From positions 590-64,589 of the forward strand of contig CAZZAL010000004.1 of assembly GCA_964652265.1 (NCBI GenBank): DNA of 64,000 nucleotides, given 5' to 3'. Origin of the DNA: an uncultured Planctomycetia bacterium (GTDB lineage Bacteria > Omnitrophota > Gorgyraeia > Gorgyraeales > Gorgyraeaceae). How positions within the stretch are numbered: the first letter of the stretch is position 1; every line of letters begins with the position of its first letter. Below the pieces are notes generated by a model. The model worked only from the letters and a program-made list of their open reading frames with translations. It did no database searches and had not been told where the DNA came from. This document shows, in pieces, positions 24,784 to 34,123 of this stretch. Both the position numbers and the translations under genes were made by a program.

Positions 24784-25191
24784 TTACTCTAGGTTGGTTG
24801 AGACATTGTTCAGGATTCCTTCTTCTACAAAGATAGGCGCTTTTGCGCGAATGGCAAGAGCAATACTATCGCTCGGCCTTGCATCAATCTCTTCTACTCT
24901 TGAATCTATCTGTAAAACCAATTTAGCAAAAAAGGTGTTCTGTTCCAGCTTTGTAATAACTATCTTGCCTATTTTTCCACCGAGTTTATTTACAGCGCTA
25001 CACAATAGGTCATGAGTCATAGGACGAGGTGGCGTGATACCGCTTATCTTCATCTTGATGGCAGTGACTTCCATTATGCCTATAACTATAGGCAGAATGC
25101 GATTCCCGCTTTTCTCTTTGAGAACAATAACCTGCTCTCCCCTGTTTTCGTCTATCCGTATTTTATTTAACTCCATCTCTACCATAGCCAT
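24784..25191 (-). CDS. bifunctional nuclease (BFN/DUF151) family protein
   Basis: 135 aa. ...VIVLKEKSGNRILPIVIGIMEVTAIKMKISGITPPRPMTHDLL... matches DUF151. Confidence 0.7.
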   Translation of the reverse strand: MAMVEMELNKIRIDENRGEQVIVLKEKSGNRILPIVIGIMEVTAIKMKISGITPPRPMTHDLLCSAVNKLGGKIGKIVITKLEQNTFFAKLVLQIDSRVEEIDARPSDSIALAIRAKAPIFVEEGILNNVSTNLE

Positions 25192-25225
25192 CGCACCCTC
25201 AGAATATCTTAACTTTATATTTTTG

Positions 25226-25672
25226 TCAATGTAAAAACTGTGAGGTTAGCTCTTCTACAGCCTTGGAGACCTCGTCACTTAAGCCCTCTCCAAGCTTGTT
25301 AGACTTTGGCTTTACTCCTAATAGATAAATATCAGCATTCGTAGAAGATTTAAGATATTCTATCAAGAGCTTCGGAGATACATCATGCGTAGAAACCTTT
25401 CCCACTCGAAGATCGTCTCCTGAAAAAAGCCTAGCCTCCCCTGCCCCACCGTCAAATTGAATAGCGTCTACGATAATAATCACCTCAGGCTTTAATTTTG
25501 TTATAACACCTGTATAATTTTCAGGTGCGACTCCAGCGTCTATGACCTCGCAAGGAACCTTTCCTTTTATTGCTAAGGCAAGGTACGGGCCAACACCATC
25601 ATCCCCCCGGTCAATATTACCAATACAGAGCACCACTGTGCGTTCTGTTAAAAGAGATTTTAGATTAATCAT
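25226..25672 (-). CDS. hycI: hydrogenase maturation endopeptidase (HycI/HybD family)
   Basis: VVLCIGNIDRGDDGVGPYLA...DAIQFDG...STHDVS motifs. I prefer the ATG at 25672 to the track start at 25720. Confidence 0.8.
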   Translation of the reverse strand: MINLKSLLTERTVVLCIGNIDRGDDGVGPYLALAIKGKVPCEVIDAGVAPENYTGVITKLKPEVIIIVDAIQFDGGAGEARLFSGDDLRVGKVSTHDVSPKLLIEYLKSSTNADIYLLGVKPKSNKLGEGLSDEVSKAVEELTSQFLH

Positions 25673-25680
25673 GGATTTTA

Positions 25681-26283
25681 TTATGTCTCTAGAGTAATTT
25701 CTCGCCTGCACGTAGGGCAAAGCACCTTTATGCGATCCTGACGAGTTAGCTTCTCTGATTTTTCAACATTAAGATATGCCAATTTTAGATCTTTTAGTGC
25801 GGATAGATATGAAGTGGGGCTTGAGTATGCTAGTGGGCCAAGTTTTTTTGCGATCCATATTAAATGAACTTTTGCTCCTACCGTGCAACCACAGCCCTCG
25901 CATAAAACCAGGTCTTTTTCAACAGATTCAATGGCCTCGTTTCTGTCAAACACAGACAAGTCATCAAGCTTATTGGATAACTTTATGCCTTCCTGGGTGA
26001 TGCAATTTGCCTGGCATTGACCACAGAATATGCAATTGCCATAACGCAGGTTGAACTTTCTCATGGGAGGATTAGCGTCAATAACATCGGTCATTGTTAT
26101 AGCTCCCGGAGGACAGACCTCGCTACATGCGCCACACCCTACGCACTTCTCCTCATGATATTCTGGTTTTCCTCTATATCTCTTCTCAGGCACATGCGGC
26201 TTAAAAGGAAACTTTGACGTATAAGGTCCTTTGATCACCGCCTTTATTGCCTCAGCCAATTCTCGTAATTTCGGATATCGCAT
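25681..26283 (-). CDS. NuoI/MbhN/HycF-like 2x[4Fe-4S] subunit of the membrane-bound hydrogenase
   Basis: CVGCGACSEVCP and CIFCGQCQANC cluster motifs. A C-terminal Cys-rich extension is also present. Confidence 0.75.
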   Translation of the reverse strand: MRYPKLRELAEAIKAVIKGPYTSKFPFKPHVPEKRYRGKPEYHEEKCVGCGACSEVCPPGAITMTDVIDANPPMRKFNLRYGNCIFCGQCQANCITQEGIKLSNKLDDLSVFDRNEAIESVEKDLVLCEGCGCTVGAKVHLIWIAKKLGPLAYSSPTSYLSALKDLKLAYLNVEKSEKLTRQDRIKVLCPTCRREITLET

Positions 26284-26285
26284 AA

Positions 26286-26612
26286 TTATTTTCCGTCTTC
26301 AGCGTATTTATCGACTACGCTTTTCTCCCATAGTTTTACACCTGATTTATAAGCAGCCCGTGCCAGCGCATGAGCAGATACAGGCGAGGTCAATATCAAA
26401 AAGACCATGCATAAAAACGCCTTTATGCCCAATATTGAAAATCCATCTATAATGATAACTCCTAATAAAATACTGCAGGTCCCAAGGGTTATACATTTAG
26501 TAGCTGCCTGAAGACGATTGTATACATCAGGAAACCTCACAAGTCCGAGACACCCAATAAGATCAAAGAAAAGGCCAATAGATATAAAAACTATGCCGAC
26601 TGTATCAATCAT
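26286..26612 (-). CDS. MrpG/MnhG-like subunit (MbhC-like)
   Basis: 108 aa. GCLGLVRFPDVYNRLQAATKCITLG is the MnhG signature. Confidence 0.75.
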   Translation of the reverse strand: MIDTVGIVFISIGLFFDLIGCLGLVRFPDVYNRLQAATKCITLGTCSILLGVIIIDGFSILGIKAFLCMVFLILTSPVSAHALARAAYKSGVKLWEKSVVDKYAEDGK

Positions 26613-26979
26613 CGAATGATTTTCCTTCTAAAAATTTTGCCAGTGCTAATGTCGCTATAAAGCTCTGTAAAGCCCATGCAATCGCAATATCAATATACCA
26701 GCTCCTTCCAGTTGAAATGCCCATGATAGCGCAAAAACCGACTATCAGGATACCGAGCATATCAATAGTCACTGCCCTGTCTGCAGAAGTAGGGCCTCTC
26801 ATTATCCTGTATAAACATAAAATACATGCCAGTAAAAGAACATAAAACGCTCGCCTTAAAAAACCCAGAAACGGCATATCCTGACAGAAAAGTATAGACA
26901 AGGATCCAAACATAATTACAGCTAATGCTGCTAGAATAATAATCGCTCCTATTATATAACGAAACCTTTGTCGTCTCAT
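26605..26979 (-). CDS. MrpF/MnhF-like subunit (MbhB-like)
   Basis: 124 aa, 3 TM helices, RGPTSADRAVTIDMLG motif. Confidence 0.7.
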   Translation of the reverse strand: MRRQRFRYIIGAIIILAALAVIMFGSLSILFCQDMPFLGFLRRAFYVLLLACILCLYRIMRGPTSADRAVTIDMLGILIVGFCAIMGISTGRSWYIDIAIAWALQSFIATLALAKFLEGKSFDD

Positions 26980-27473
26980 TCTTCGAATATCCTCTTCAAG
27001 ATCCTTTCAAACTTTTCCACTATAAACTTTGTCGCCTTTATAACATCCTTATGCCTTACTTCGATCCAGTGCACGTACAAAAACCCTTTTTCTCTATCTA
27101 TATCAACAGTTAATGTCCCCGGCGTAAGCGTAATGGAATTCGCCAGAAACGTAAGCGCAGTATCTGATTTAAGAGAGGTCTTGACCTTTACTATGCCAGG
27201 ATGTATCGGCATATCAGGATGAATCACCCTGTACGCCACGTCAATATTAGCTTTAAAACATTCCCACATAAAAACAGGGACATAATACAAAAACCAGAGA
27301 TAACGACTTGCATGCGTCAAAAGATGCGGTCTTTTTACAAAAAAATCTCCTGTCATATACGCGACAAAGGCTGAAGCAAAAACGCCTACAACGATATGCT
27401 GCCAGTCGGGTACCCAATTCAGAAAAACCCAAGCAACGATCCCTAATACAAATAGAATAATTCGGCTCTTCAT
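26976..27473 (-). CDS. MrpE/MnhE-like subunit (MbhA-like)
   Basis: 165 aa with the SITLTPGTLTVDID motif. Confidence 0.7.
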   Translation of the reverse strand: MKSRIILFVLGIVAWVFLNWVPDWQHIVVGVFASAFVAYMTGDFFVKRPHLLTHASRYLWFLYYVPVFMWECFKANIDVAYRVIHPDMPIHPGIVKVKTSLKSDTALTFLANSITLTPGTLTVDIDREKGFLYVHWIEVRHKDVIKATKFIVEKFERILKRIFEE

Positions 27474-28975
27474 TATCTTATAGCTCCAAAAACTGTAGCA
27501 ATGTAATCTTTCTGCCCAGCCAACACCGTATCTTTTGCAATGTCAAGAAGATATCCGGAAATAGCCGGCAGGAGAAGCAGGCCTCCAACTAAACAAATAA
27601 CTGCCAGCACGACCATTGAAAACTTCATAAAAAACGGGCATTCTTTTATGTGGCTAAATGTCCCTTTTAACTCCCCGAAAAAGGCATAGCGCTGAACCTT
27701 CATAAAATAAGCCAGAGTCAGGATGCTTGCGAAAACTGCCCAGAATGCGTGCATAAAATGCTGCGCCTGGATACACGCGACAATAATAATCAATTTGCTC
27801 CAGAAGCCATTAAATGGTGGGACGCCCGCGATAGACATAGATCCTACAAGCGATGTATTTGCCGTAACTGGCATTTTCTCCTTCAACCCACCCATCTTCT
27901 GTAAATCCCTTGTCCCAGTAGAATATTCGATTGCGCCCGAATTCAAAAATAAGAGTGATTTAAACACAGAATGATTTAATAAATGAAACAACCCTCCCAG
28001 AATCCCTAGGGGAGTCCCTAGACCAATGCCAAGTATCACATAACCGATCTGATTTACAGAGCTATAGGCTAACAACCTTTTAAAATCCCACTGCCCTAGG
28101 GCAAGGGCCGCTCCGATAATAATCGACAATGTCCCTATGGTCATAAAAATCGATAAGATCTGCTGGCTTGCGCCCAGCACGCTAAAAAATACTCTTATCA
28201 ATGCATAAACTCCGAGGGATTTTATAAGTACTCCTGAAAGCATCGCTGAAATAGGCGCAGGCGCAGATGGATGGGCATCCGGAAGCCATGCATGGAAAGG
28301 AACAAGCGCTGATTTCAGGCCAAATCCCATAAGAAATAAAACGCTCACAAGCAATACTATACGAGACGGGCCTTTTTCAAGTAACTGGATTGCCATATCA
28401 GCCATGTTCAGTGTAGAAGTAAAGCTGTATAAAAACGCGATACCTAATAATATAAAGGTAGAAGCAAGGCTACCCATCACTGCATATTTAAAAGACGCCT
28501 CGAGCTCTTCATGCTCGGTACCGAATGCAACCAGAGAATAACTCGCAATCGCAGCAATCTCAAGAAATACATACAGGTTGAACATGTCACCGCTTATTAT
28601 CACGCCATTCATACCAGCAATCATCAATAAAAACAGACAATAAAAGAGCGATTTCTCCGTATACTTGTTCATATAATCTATGGAATAAACGCTTATGAGA
28701 AACGCGATGATATTAATCGTCACCAGCATGAAAACCGTAAGCCCATCCATGACCATTGCTATGCCTATCGGTGCTATCCAACCACCCACCCTATAAACAA
28801 TCGCGCCGTTCTCTTTAAACAGAAACACAGCATACACTGAGACGGCGGCTAAACAAAACGTAGCGATACTAGACAATATATCTGAAAATCCCTTTATCCT
28901 TTTCCCCAAAAGGGAATTCAAAAAAGCGCTCGCCAGCGGTATGGCAACAAATAATGGCAATATGTTCTGTGTCAT
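27473..28975 (-). CDS. MrpD/NuoM/NuoN-like antiporter subunit (MbhH-like)
   Basis: 500 aa, ~14 TM helices. WLPDAHPSAPAPISAMLSGVLIK is the proton-conducting-membrane-transporter signature. Confidence 0.8.
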   Translation of the reverse strand: MTQNILPLFVAIPLASAFLNSLLGKRIKGFSDILSSIATFCLAAVSVYAVFLFKENGAIVYRVGGWIAPIGIAMVMDGLTVFMLVTINIIAFLISVYSIDYMNKYTEKSLFYCLFLLMIAGMNGVIISGDMFNLYVFLEIAAIASYSLVAFGTEHEELEASFKYAVMGSLASTFILLGIAFLYSFTSTLNMADMAIQLLEKGPSRIVLLVSVLFLMGFGLKSALVPFHAWLPDAHPSAPAPISAMLSGVLIKSLGVYALIRVFFSVLGASQQILSIFMTIGTLSIIIGAALALGQWDFKRLLAYSSVNQIGYVILGIGLGTPLGILGGLFHLLNHSVFKSLLFLNSGAIEYSTGTRDLQKMGGLKEKMPVTANTSLVGSMSIAGVPPFNGFWSKLIIIVACIQAQHFMHAFWAVFASILTLAYFMKVQRYAFFGELKGTFSHIKECPFFMKFSMVVLAVICLVGGLLLLPAISGYLLDIAKDTVLAGQKDYIATVFGAIR

Positions 28976-28978
28976 AAA

Positions 28979-29317
28979 TTAACCTTTTAACCTGCGAATC
29001 TTTGTAATATCAAACGTCCCGTATTTTTCATAGACTCTAACCGCAATAGACGCTATCAAGGCCGTAACTGCAAGCCCTATAACTATGGCGGTTAAAACAA
29101 GCGCCTGCGGCAATGGATCGACCATATTAACTATCACCTGGTCAGGCGCATGTATGGGCGCACGGCCATGCATCCTGTATCCTACAAGTATGAAAAAAAG
29201 ATTCACGGCATACTCTGTTATAGCTATGCCTATAATAATCTTTATAAGATTTCGTTTTCTAAGTATACAATAGAGCCCTACACAAAAAAGTACTAAACAT
29301 AAAAAGTAAAGACTCAT
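28979..29317 (-). CDS. MrpC/NuoK-like subunit (MbhG-like)
   Basis: 112 aa, 3 TM helices. Position and size match MnhC/NuoK. Confidence 0.7.
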   Translation of the reverse strand: MSLYFLCLVLFCVGLYCILRKRNLIKIIIGIAITEYAVNLFFILVGYRMHGRAPIHAPDQVIVNMVDPLPQALVLTAIVIGLAVTALIASIAVRVYEKYGTFDITKIRRLKG

Positions 29318-29766
29318 TATTCCCCGCCCTTTTTAGGCAACTTGAAGGTTACCAGAATAATAAAAATAATAAAAAGACCCGCGCCTACCTTAAAACTTAT
29401 AGCCACATTATATAAAGGTATGAGCCCTGATGAAAAGAGCTCAAAGGGTTCGCCCTTAGCAATAAAATTCAAAAAGAAATATCCACTGGCAATACCAAGG
29501 ATCGCCAAAGTTACAAACATTATCGCGCCGAAGCTTTCAAAAAACGAAGCAACATTCTGGTTTACCTTTTTAAGCGCTGCGTCTTTTCCAAACGCGAGCA
29601 TAAGGTGTATGAAGGAAAGCGCAACAATCACCCCACCTGCAAAACCTCCACCAGGTGAAATATGGCCATGGCTGATAATATAGATACCAAACAAAAGTAT
29701 CAGTCCCACCGTAAGCCGCGTGATCGTCTTTACTATTAGCGTCATTCCTTTTCTGGGATCGTCCAT
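29317..29766 (-). CDS. MrpB/MnhB-domain subunit (MbhF-like)
   Basis: 149 aa with GHISPGGGFAGG. Confidence 0.65.
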   Translation of the reverse strand: MDDPRKGMTLIVKTITRLTVGLILLFGIYIISHGHISPGGGFAGGVIVALSFIHLMLAFGKDAALKKVNQNVASFFESFGAIMFVTLAILGIASGYFFLNFIAKGEPFELFSSGLIPLYNVAISFKVGAGLFIIFIILVTFKLPKKGGE

Positions 29767-30284
29767 TATTTCTTCCTTCCCACTTTCCTCATAACTGCCA
29801 GGACTCCAATCACCGCTGTAAAAAGAATGGTTGCTTCGCCCAAGGTGTCATACGCGCGGTAATCCAAGACTATCGCAGATACTAGATTTGTAGCTCCGGT
29901 TTGTTTCAAACCCTGAGTCAAAAAGGTCTGCGCCACCCTCATTATAGGCTCTCCAAACTGTGGCAGATCCTTCATGCAAAAATAGCCAAAAGCTAAAAAT
30001 ACGACAAGGAACGCAAACGTCATAAAGGTATTAAAAAACCAGCGTCCGCTCGTAGAAAACGGGAGGTCCTTCCTGATAGTAGCCCTTATCAATATTATTA
30101 CAACTAGGATCTCGACTACGAGCTGTGCGATCGCAAGGTCTGGCGCCTTAAGGATCAAAAATGCTAGAGACAGGCCAAGACCTACTGTACCTACTGCGAT
30201 AACAGATGATAGAAGATCTTTTGCCTTCACCGCTACTATTGCGCCTATAATCATAAATACTAAAAGTATCTGTAATTCAAGCAT
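29766..30284 (-). CDS. DUF4040/MnhB-N fusion subunit (MbhD/E-like, equivalent to the MrpA C-terminal part)
   Basis: 172 aa. NLVSAIVLDYRAYDTLGEATILF motif follows N-terminal DUF4040-like TM helices. Confidence 0.65.
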   Translation of the reverse strand: MLELQILLVFMIIGAIVAVKAKDLLSSVIAVGTVGLGLSLAFLILKAPDLAIAQLVVEILVVIILIRATIRKDLPFSTSGRWFFNTFMTFAFLVVFLAFGYFCMKDLPQFGEPIMRVAQTFLTQGLKQTGATNLVSAIVLDYRAYDTLGEATILFTAVIGVLAVMRKVGRKK

Positions 30285-30290
30285 CTTATA

Positions 30291-32090
30291 TTACCTCACA
30301 AGAGCAAAAAGAAAAATCATTATACCTAGTATGCACCATATAAGATATGTCGGTAATACGCCATTATGCAAATATTTAAATATACGTATAAAGAAAAATA
30401 CAAACTTCTTCCCGACCTCATATATATCAAAAAACTTTTTCTCTGCCTTTTTGTATATAGTTCTTATAAGCGGTAATTCTTTTATTGTATTGTAAAATTC
30501 TGTCCCGGAAAGCCTCATATCTTTTCCGAGGTCTTCTCCTCCTATATAAGAGCCTGTTTCTCTTATACCTTTAAAGTTGCCAGTCAGATACACCAGGACA
30601 CCAACGCCAAGCCCTATGGCTAAAAATAACGTAGCTTTTAAAGACGGCCACATGCCAATAAATCTTATATCCGACAGGATAGGCACTATAAAATGCTTTA
30701 AGGGGACTATATAGGCGAATATTCCAAATACGATACAAAGAGTAGCAAGTATTACAGGCGGAATCCACATACTCCAGGAAACTTCATCCCGCTGTTTGGC
30801 ATCTCCTGATTGCCGTTCATTCTTGGCCTTGCCCAAGAATATTGCATGTATAAATTTTATAAACGACGCCAGTGTAAGGCCACTACCAAACATAGCGGCT
30901 ACAATACAGAATATCCACAATACCCCGCCTGATTTGCCCTTTTCTATCAATCCCTGATAGACCATCCATTTTGAAAAGAAACCATTGAATGGCGGCACAC
31001 CCGATATTGACAGGGCTGCTATAAGCGCAGAAAAGAACGTTATCGGCATTATCTTGGCAAGACCACCAAGAGAATCTAAATCTGATGTCTTGGTTTTATG
31101 TTGAACATTGCCGCCTGAAAGAAAGAGACAGCTCTTATATAGCGTATTATTAAGCATGTGAAAAAGTCCGCCTGCAATACCTATCGGGTTGCCTGTGCCA
31201 AGTCCGAGCACCATATAGCCGACCTGGCTTACCGCATGATAACCAAGAAGCCTTTTGAAATCGTGCTGCACGAGTGCCATCATTACTGCTGCCACTATGG
31301 TAACAGCCCCGATTACCATAAGAAGCGCATAAGTATTGCCATCCAGTATAAACACATTCAATACCAACCTCGCCAGCAAATAAATGCCGAGTAATTTATC
31401 AAGGGACGCTGGCAGAAATGCAGTCACTGGCACTGGCGCCTCTTTTGCTGTATCAGGTATCCACGTGTGAAACGGCATTGCACCTGCCTTTGCAAACGCG
31501 CCTATGGCTATCAATAAAAATGCCCAGAAAGACAAAGAACTATCTATGGCTATCCTTATGCTGGAGAGATTTAAATCACCTGTAATAAGCCAGACAATAG
31601 CAAAACCCAAAATCATGAGGCTATCTGAACCACCTATTATTATAAAGGTCTTTTTGCTTGCACCTGCTGCAGCCGGACCAGCTACATTGATAAGCATATA
31701 TAAGGTAAACCCGAGGAAACCCCATGCTACTAGAAGTATCACGATATTATTAGAAAGGGCTGCCAGAAGAGAAAATCCAATGGTCCATATTACATTCGCA
31801 TAATACGAACGAAACTGTTTAAAAGAAGCCATGAACCGCAGCGAATACAGGCTTACCAGCGCCCCGAAAAATCCTATACCAAGCACGATAAATCTCGAAA
31901 GTCCATCAACGTATAGATAATCTGCATGGATAGGCGCCTTTGCAAATATTCTTATTGAGGCAATAAACAAATAAACAGCAATTGCGAGACTAAATCCCTC
32001 CACCAGCTTCCTGAACCTCTTAGGAATAAAAAGTACGAAGCTTCCCGCTAATATCGAAATCAAAATTGGCTGTAACAATATCTCCATCAT
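30291..32090 (-). CDS. NuoL/MrpA/HyfB-like large antiporter subunit
   Basis: 599 aa, >14 TM helices. FHTWIPDTAKEAPVPVTAFLPASLDK signature. Confidence 0.8.
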   Translation of the reverse strand: MMEILLQPILISILAGSFVLFIPKRFRKLVEGFSLAIAVYLFIASIRIFAKAPIHADYLYVDGLSRFIVLGIGFFGALVSLYSLRFMASFKQFRSYYANVIWTIGFSLLAALSNNIVILLVAWGFLGFTLYMLINVAGPAAAGASKKTFIIIGGSDSLMILGFAIVWLITGDLNLSSIRIAIDSSLSFWAFLLIAIGAFAKAGAMPFHTWIPDTAKEAPVPVTAFLPASLDKLLGIYLLARLVLNVFILDGNTYALLMVIGAVTIVAAVMMALVQHDFKRLLGYHAVSQVGYMVLGLGTGNPIGIAGGLFHMLNNTLYKSCLFLSGGNVQHKTKTSDLDSLGGLAKIMPITFFSALIAALSISGVPPFNGFFSKWMVYQGLIEKGKSGGVLWIFCIVAAMFGSGLTLASFIKFIHAIFLGKAKNERQSGDAKQRDEVSWSMWIPPVILATLCIVFGIFAYIVPLKHFIVPILSDIRFIGMWPSLKATLFLAIGLGVGVLVYLTGNFKGIRETGSYIGGEDLGKDMRLSGTEFYNTIKELPLIRTIYKKAEKKFFDIYEVGKKFVFFFIRIFKYLHNGVLPTYLIWCILGIMIFLFALVR

Positions 32091-33262
32091 TATCTCTTCA
32101 TCCGTGCTGTCTTTTCCTGGGACAGCCGGATCAGATCTTGGCCATCCATTATTTTCTTACCGCTCTTATGATCTACAACCGCCATTCTCTCTGTACAGCA
32201 ATAGCACGGATCCACTGCAGCTAAGATTATAGTAGCATCTGAAACTGTCTCGCCTATAACTGCTTTTTTATTAGAGAAGACGTTCATGAAGCTTGGCGCC
32301 CTTACCTTGTGACGGACAGGACTGTTTCCACCATCAGACATGATATAGTGAAATACCTCGCCACGCGGCGCCTCGTGTCTCCCAATACCCTCTCCAACCG
32401 GCATATCTTTTATATTAAGGTCTATCGGACCTTTTGGTATCTTATCAAGACACTGAAGTATTATATTTGTCGATTCATAAAGTTCCAAAAGTCTCACAAC
32501 TGCCTTTGAAAAAACTCCTCCGCCTTCAGCAGTTATGACTTTCCAGTCAACTTTATCATAAGCTGCGTAAGGATCATCCCGGCGTACATCAATAGCCACA
32601 CCTGAAGCCCTTGCTGTTGGCCCTACAACGGAATAATCATGCACATCTTGCTTTGTCAGCACGCCCACGTCTTCGGTCCTCGCTCGTATCACGGGATCAT
32701 CAATAACAGCACCTTTGAACATGTCAAATTTAGGTATCAAGCTCTTCAGTGTCTTTTTTATCCACGGGAAATCTGCTTCATCCAGATCCCTTCGCATGCC
32801 ACCTGGCTTAAACATGGCATAATGATTCCTGTTCCCAGTGATCCTTTCGAATATATCAAGGACCGGTTCCCTGTATTTCCACGCCCACATCCATACAGTG
32901 TTATATCCTAAAAAATGGCCCGCAAGGCCAACCCATAAAAGATGACTATGTATCCGTTCTAATTCTCCGATTATAGTACGTATATAAAGTGCTCTCTCTG
33001 GAACCTGGACTCCTAATAGATCATCAATAGCATTTGTATAGGCAAAAGGATGCGATGTCGAGCAGATCCCGCAAATCCTCTCGACCAGAAACGTTACTTG
33101 GTCATAGCTCTTGGACTCAGCTATCTTCTCGATAGCCCGGTGGTTATATCCAATCTCTATATCCATATCCACAACAGTCTCGCCGTCAACGTGCAACCTG
33201 AAAAACTCTGGCTCTTCCTGTAGTGGATGATAAGGACCTATTGGAATAATCTTTTTCGCCAT
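32090..33262 (-). CDS. group-4 [NiFe] hydrogenase large subunit (MbhL/EchE/HycE-like, NuoD homologue)
   Basis: N-terminal RICGICSTSH (RxCGxCxxxH) and C-terminal DPCYCCTER (DPCxxCxxR) Ni-Fe ligand motifs are both present. A ~32-aa tail follows, consistent with HycI processing. Confidence 0.9.
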   Translation of the reverse strand: MAKKIIPIGPYHPLQEEPEFFRLHVDGETVVDMDIEIGYNHRAIEKIAESKSYDQVTFLVERICGICSTSHPFAYTNAIDDLLGVQVPERALYIRTIIGELERIHSHLLWVGLAGHFLGYNTVWMWAWKYREPVLDIFERITGNRNHYAMFKPGGMRRDLDEADFPWIKKTLKSLIPKFDMFKGAVIDDPVIRARTEDVGVLTKQDVHDYSVVGPTARASGVAIDVRRDDPYAAYDKVDWKVITAEGGGVFSKAVVRLLELYESTNIILQCLDKIPKGPIDLNIKDMPVGEGIGRHEAPRGEVFHYIMSDGGNSPVRHKVRAPSFMNVFSNKKAVIGETVSDATIILAAVDPCYCCTERMAVVDHKSGKKIMDGQDLIRLSQEKTARMKR

Positions 33263-33265
33263 GCC

Positions 33266-33700
33266 TTACTCGTCCCTTCTTAAAGGATAATTCCCTTCAG
33301 GCCAATCGTCTTTTAAAAGTAGATGCTTCAGATTCGGGTGGTCTTTAAAATTCACTCCCAAGAGCTCGTGGATTTCTCTTTCTATCCACTCTGCACATTT
33401 CATCAGAGGTGTCAAACTATCTACTTGGAGGTCAGATTTATCCAAAACAACTCTCAACGAAACTATAAGTCCGATCTCGTCAACTGAAAAATGATAAAGT
33501 ATCTCGATTGCCTTTCGTGTATCCACTCCGGACGCGATTGAAAACCTTGCCCTTACGTCCTTAAAGAGGTACCGAGCTATCTTTGGCAATATCTCTTTTT
33601 TAATAGTAACGTAGACACGCTTCTCTGAACGATCTTCAATCTCCAGCATGTCTCCTCCGGCCCGCACCTTTATATTTTCTATAACGTCTATTCTTCTCAT
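33266..33700 (-). CDS. NuoC/MbhK-like subunit
   Basis: The 30-kDa-subunit-like ...CAEWIEREIHELLGVNFKDHPNLKHLLL... is present. I prefer the ATG at 33700, which forms an ATGA overlap with the upstream gene, to the track start at 33769. Confidence 0.75.
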   Translation of the reverse strand: MRRIDVIENIKVRAGGDMLEIEDRSEKRVYVTIKKEILPKIARYLFKDVRARFSIASGVDTRKAIEILYHFSVDEIGLIVSLRVVLDKSDLQVDSLTPLMKCAEWIEREIHELLGVNFKDHPNLKHLLLKDDWPEGNYPLRRDE

Positions 33701-34122
33701 TTCTTGCCCTGTAGTTTTTGAATCAATTTCACAATACCCAGTATCATTGCCTCTGGTTTTGGCGGACATCCTGGTATATAGACATTGACTGGAAGTAAAG
33801 AATCCACTGGATCCGGCGTATTATACCCTTTTGCAAAAATACCTTGGTCACAAGAACACGCGCCTATCGCAATCACAACACACGGCTTTGGCGCCTGATC
33901 ATATACAGCCTTTACCCTAGGTATTGTCTTTAGATTCAACGCACCTGTCACCAGTATTGCATCAGCATGCTTCACGCTTCCGACAAGCAGTATGCCAAAC
34001 CTCTCTACGTCAAAACGCGGGGTCAAAAGATCCAGTATCTCTATGTCGCAATTATTGCAACTGCCTGTTGAAAGGTGATAAACCCAAATCGATTTAGTTA
34101 ATGCCTTAAGTTTTAAACTCAT
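33697..34122 (-). CDS. [NiFe] hydrogenase small subunit (NuoB/MbhJ-like)
   Basis: GSCNNCD, GACSC and GCPPKPE Cys ligands for one [4Fe-4S] cluster. Confidence 0.85.
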   Translation of the reverse strand: MSLKLKALTKSIWVYHLSTGSCNNCDIEILDLLTPRFDVERFGILLVGSVKHADAILVTGALNLKTIPRVKAVYDQAPKPCVVIAIGACSCDQGIFAKGYNTPDPVDSLLPVNVYIPGCPPKPEAMILGIVKLIQKLQGKK

Positions 34123-34123
34123 G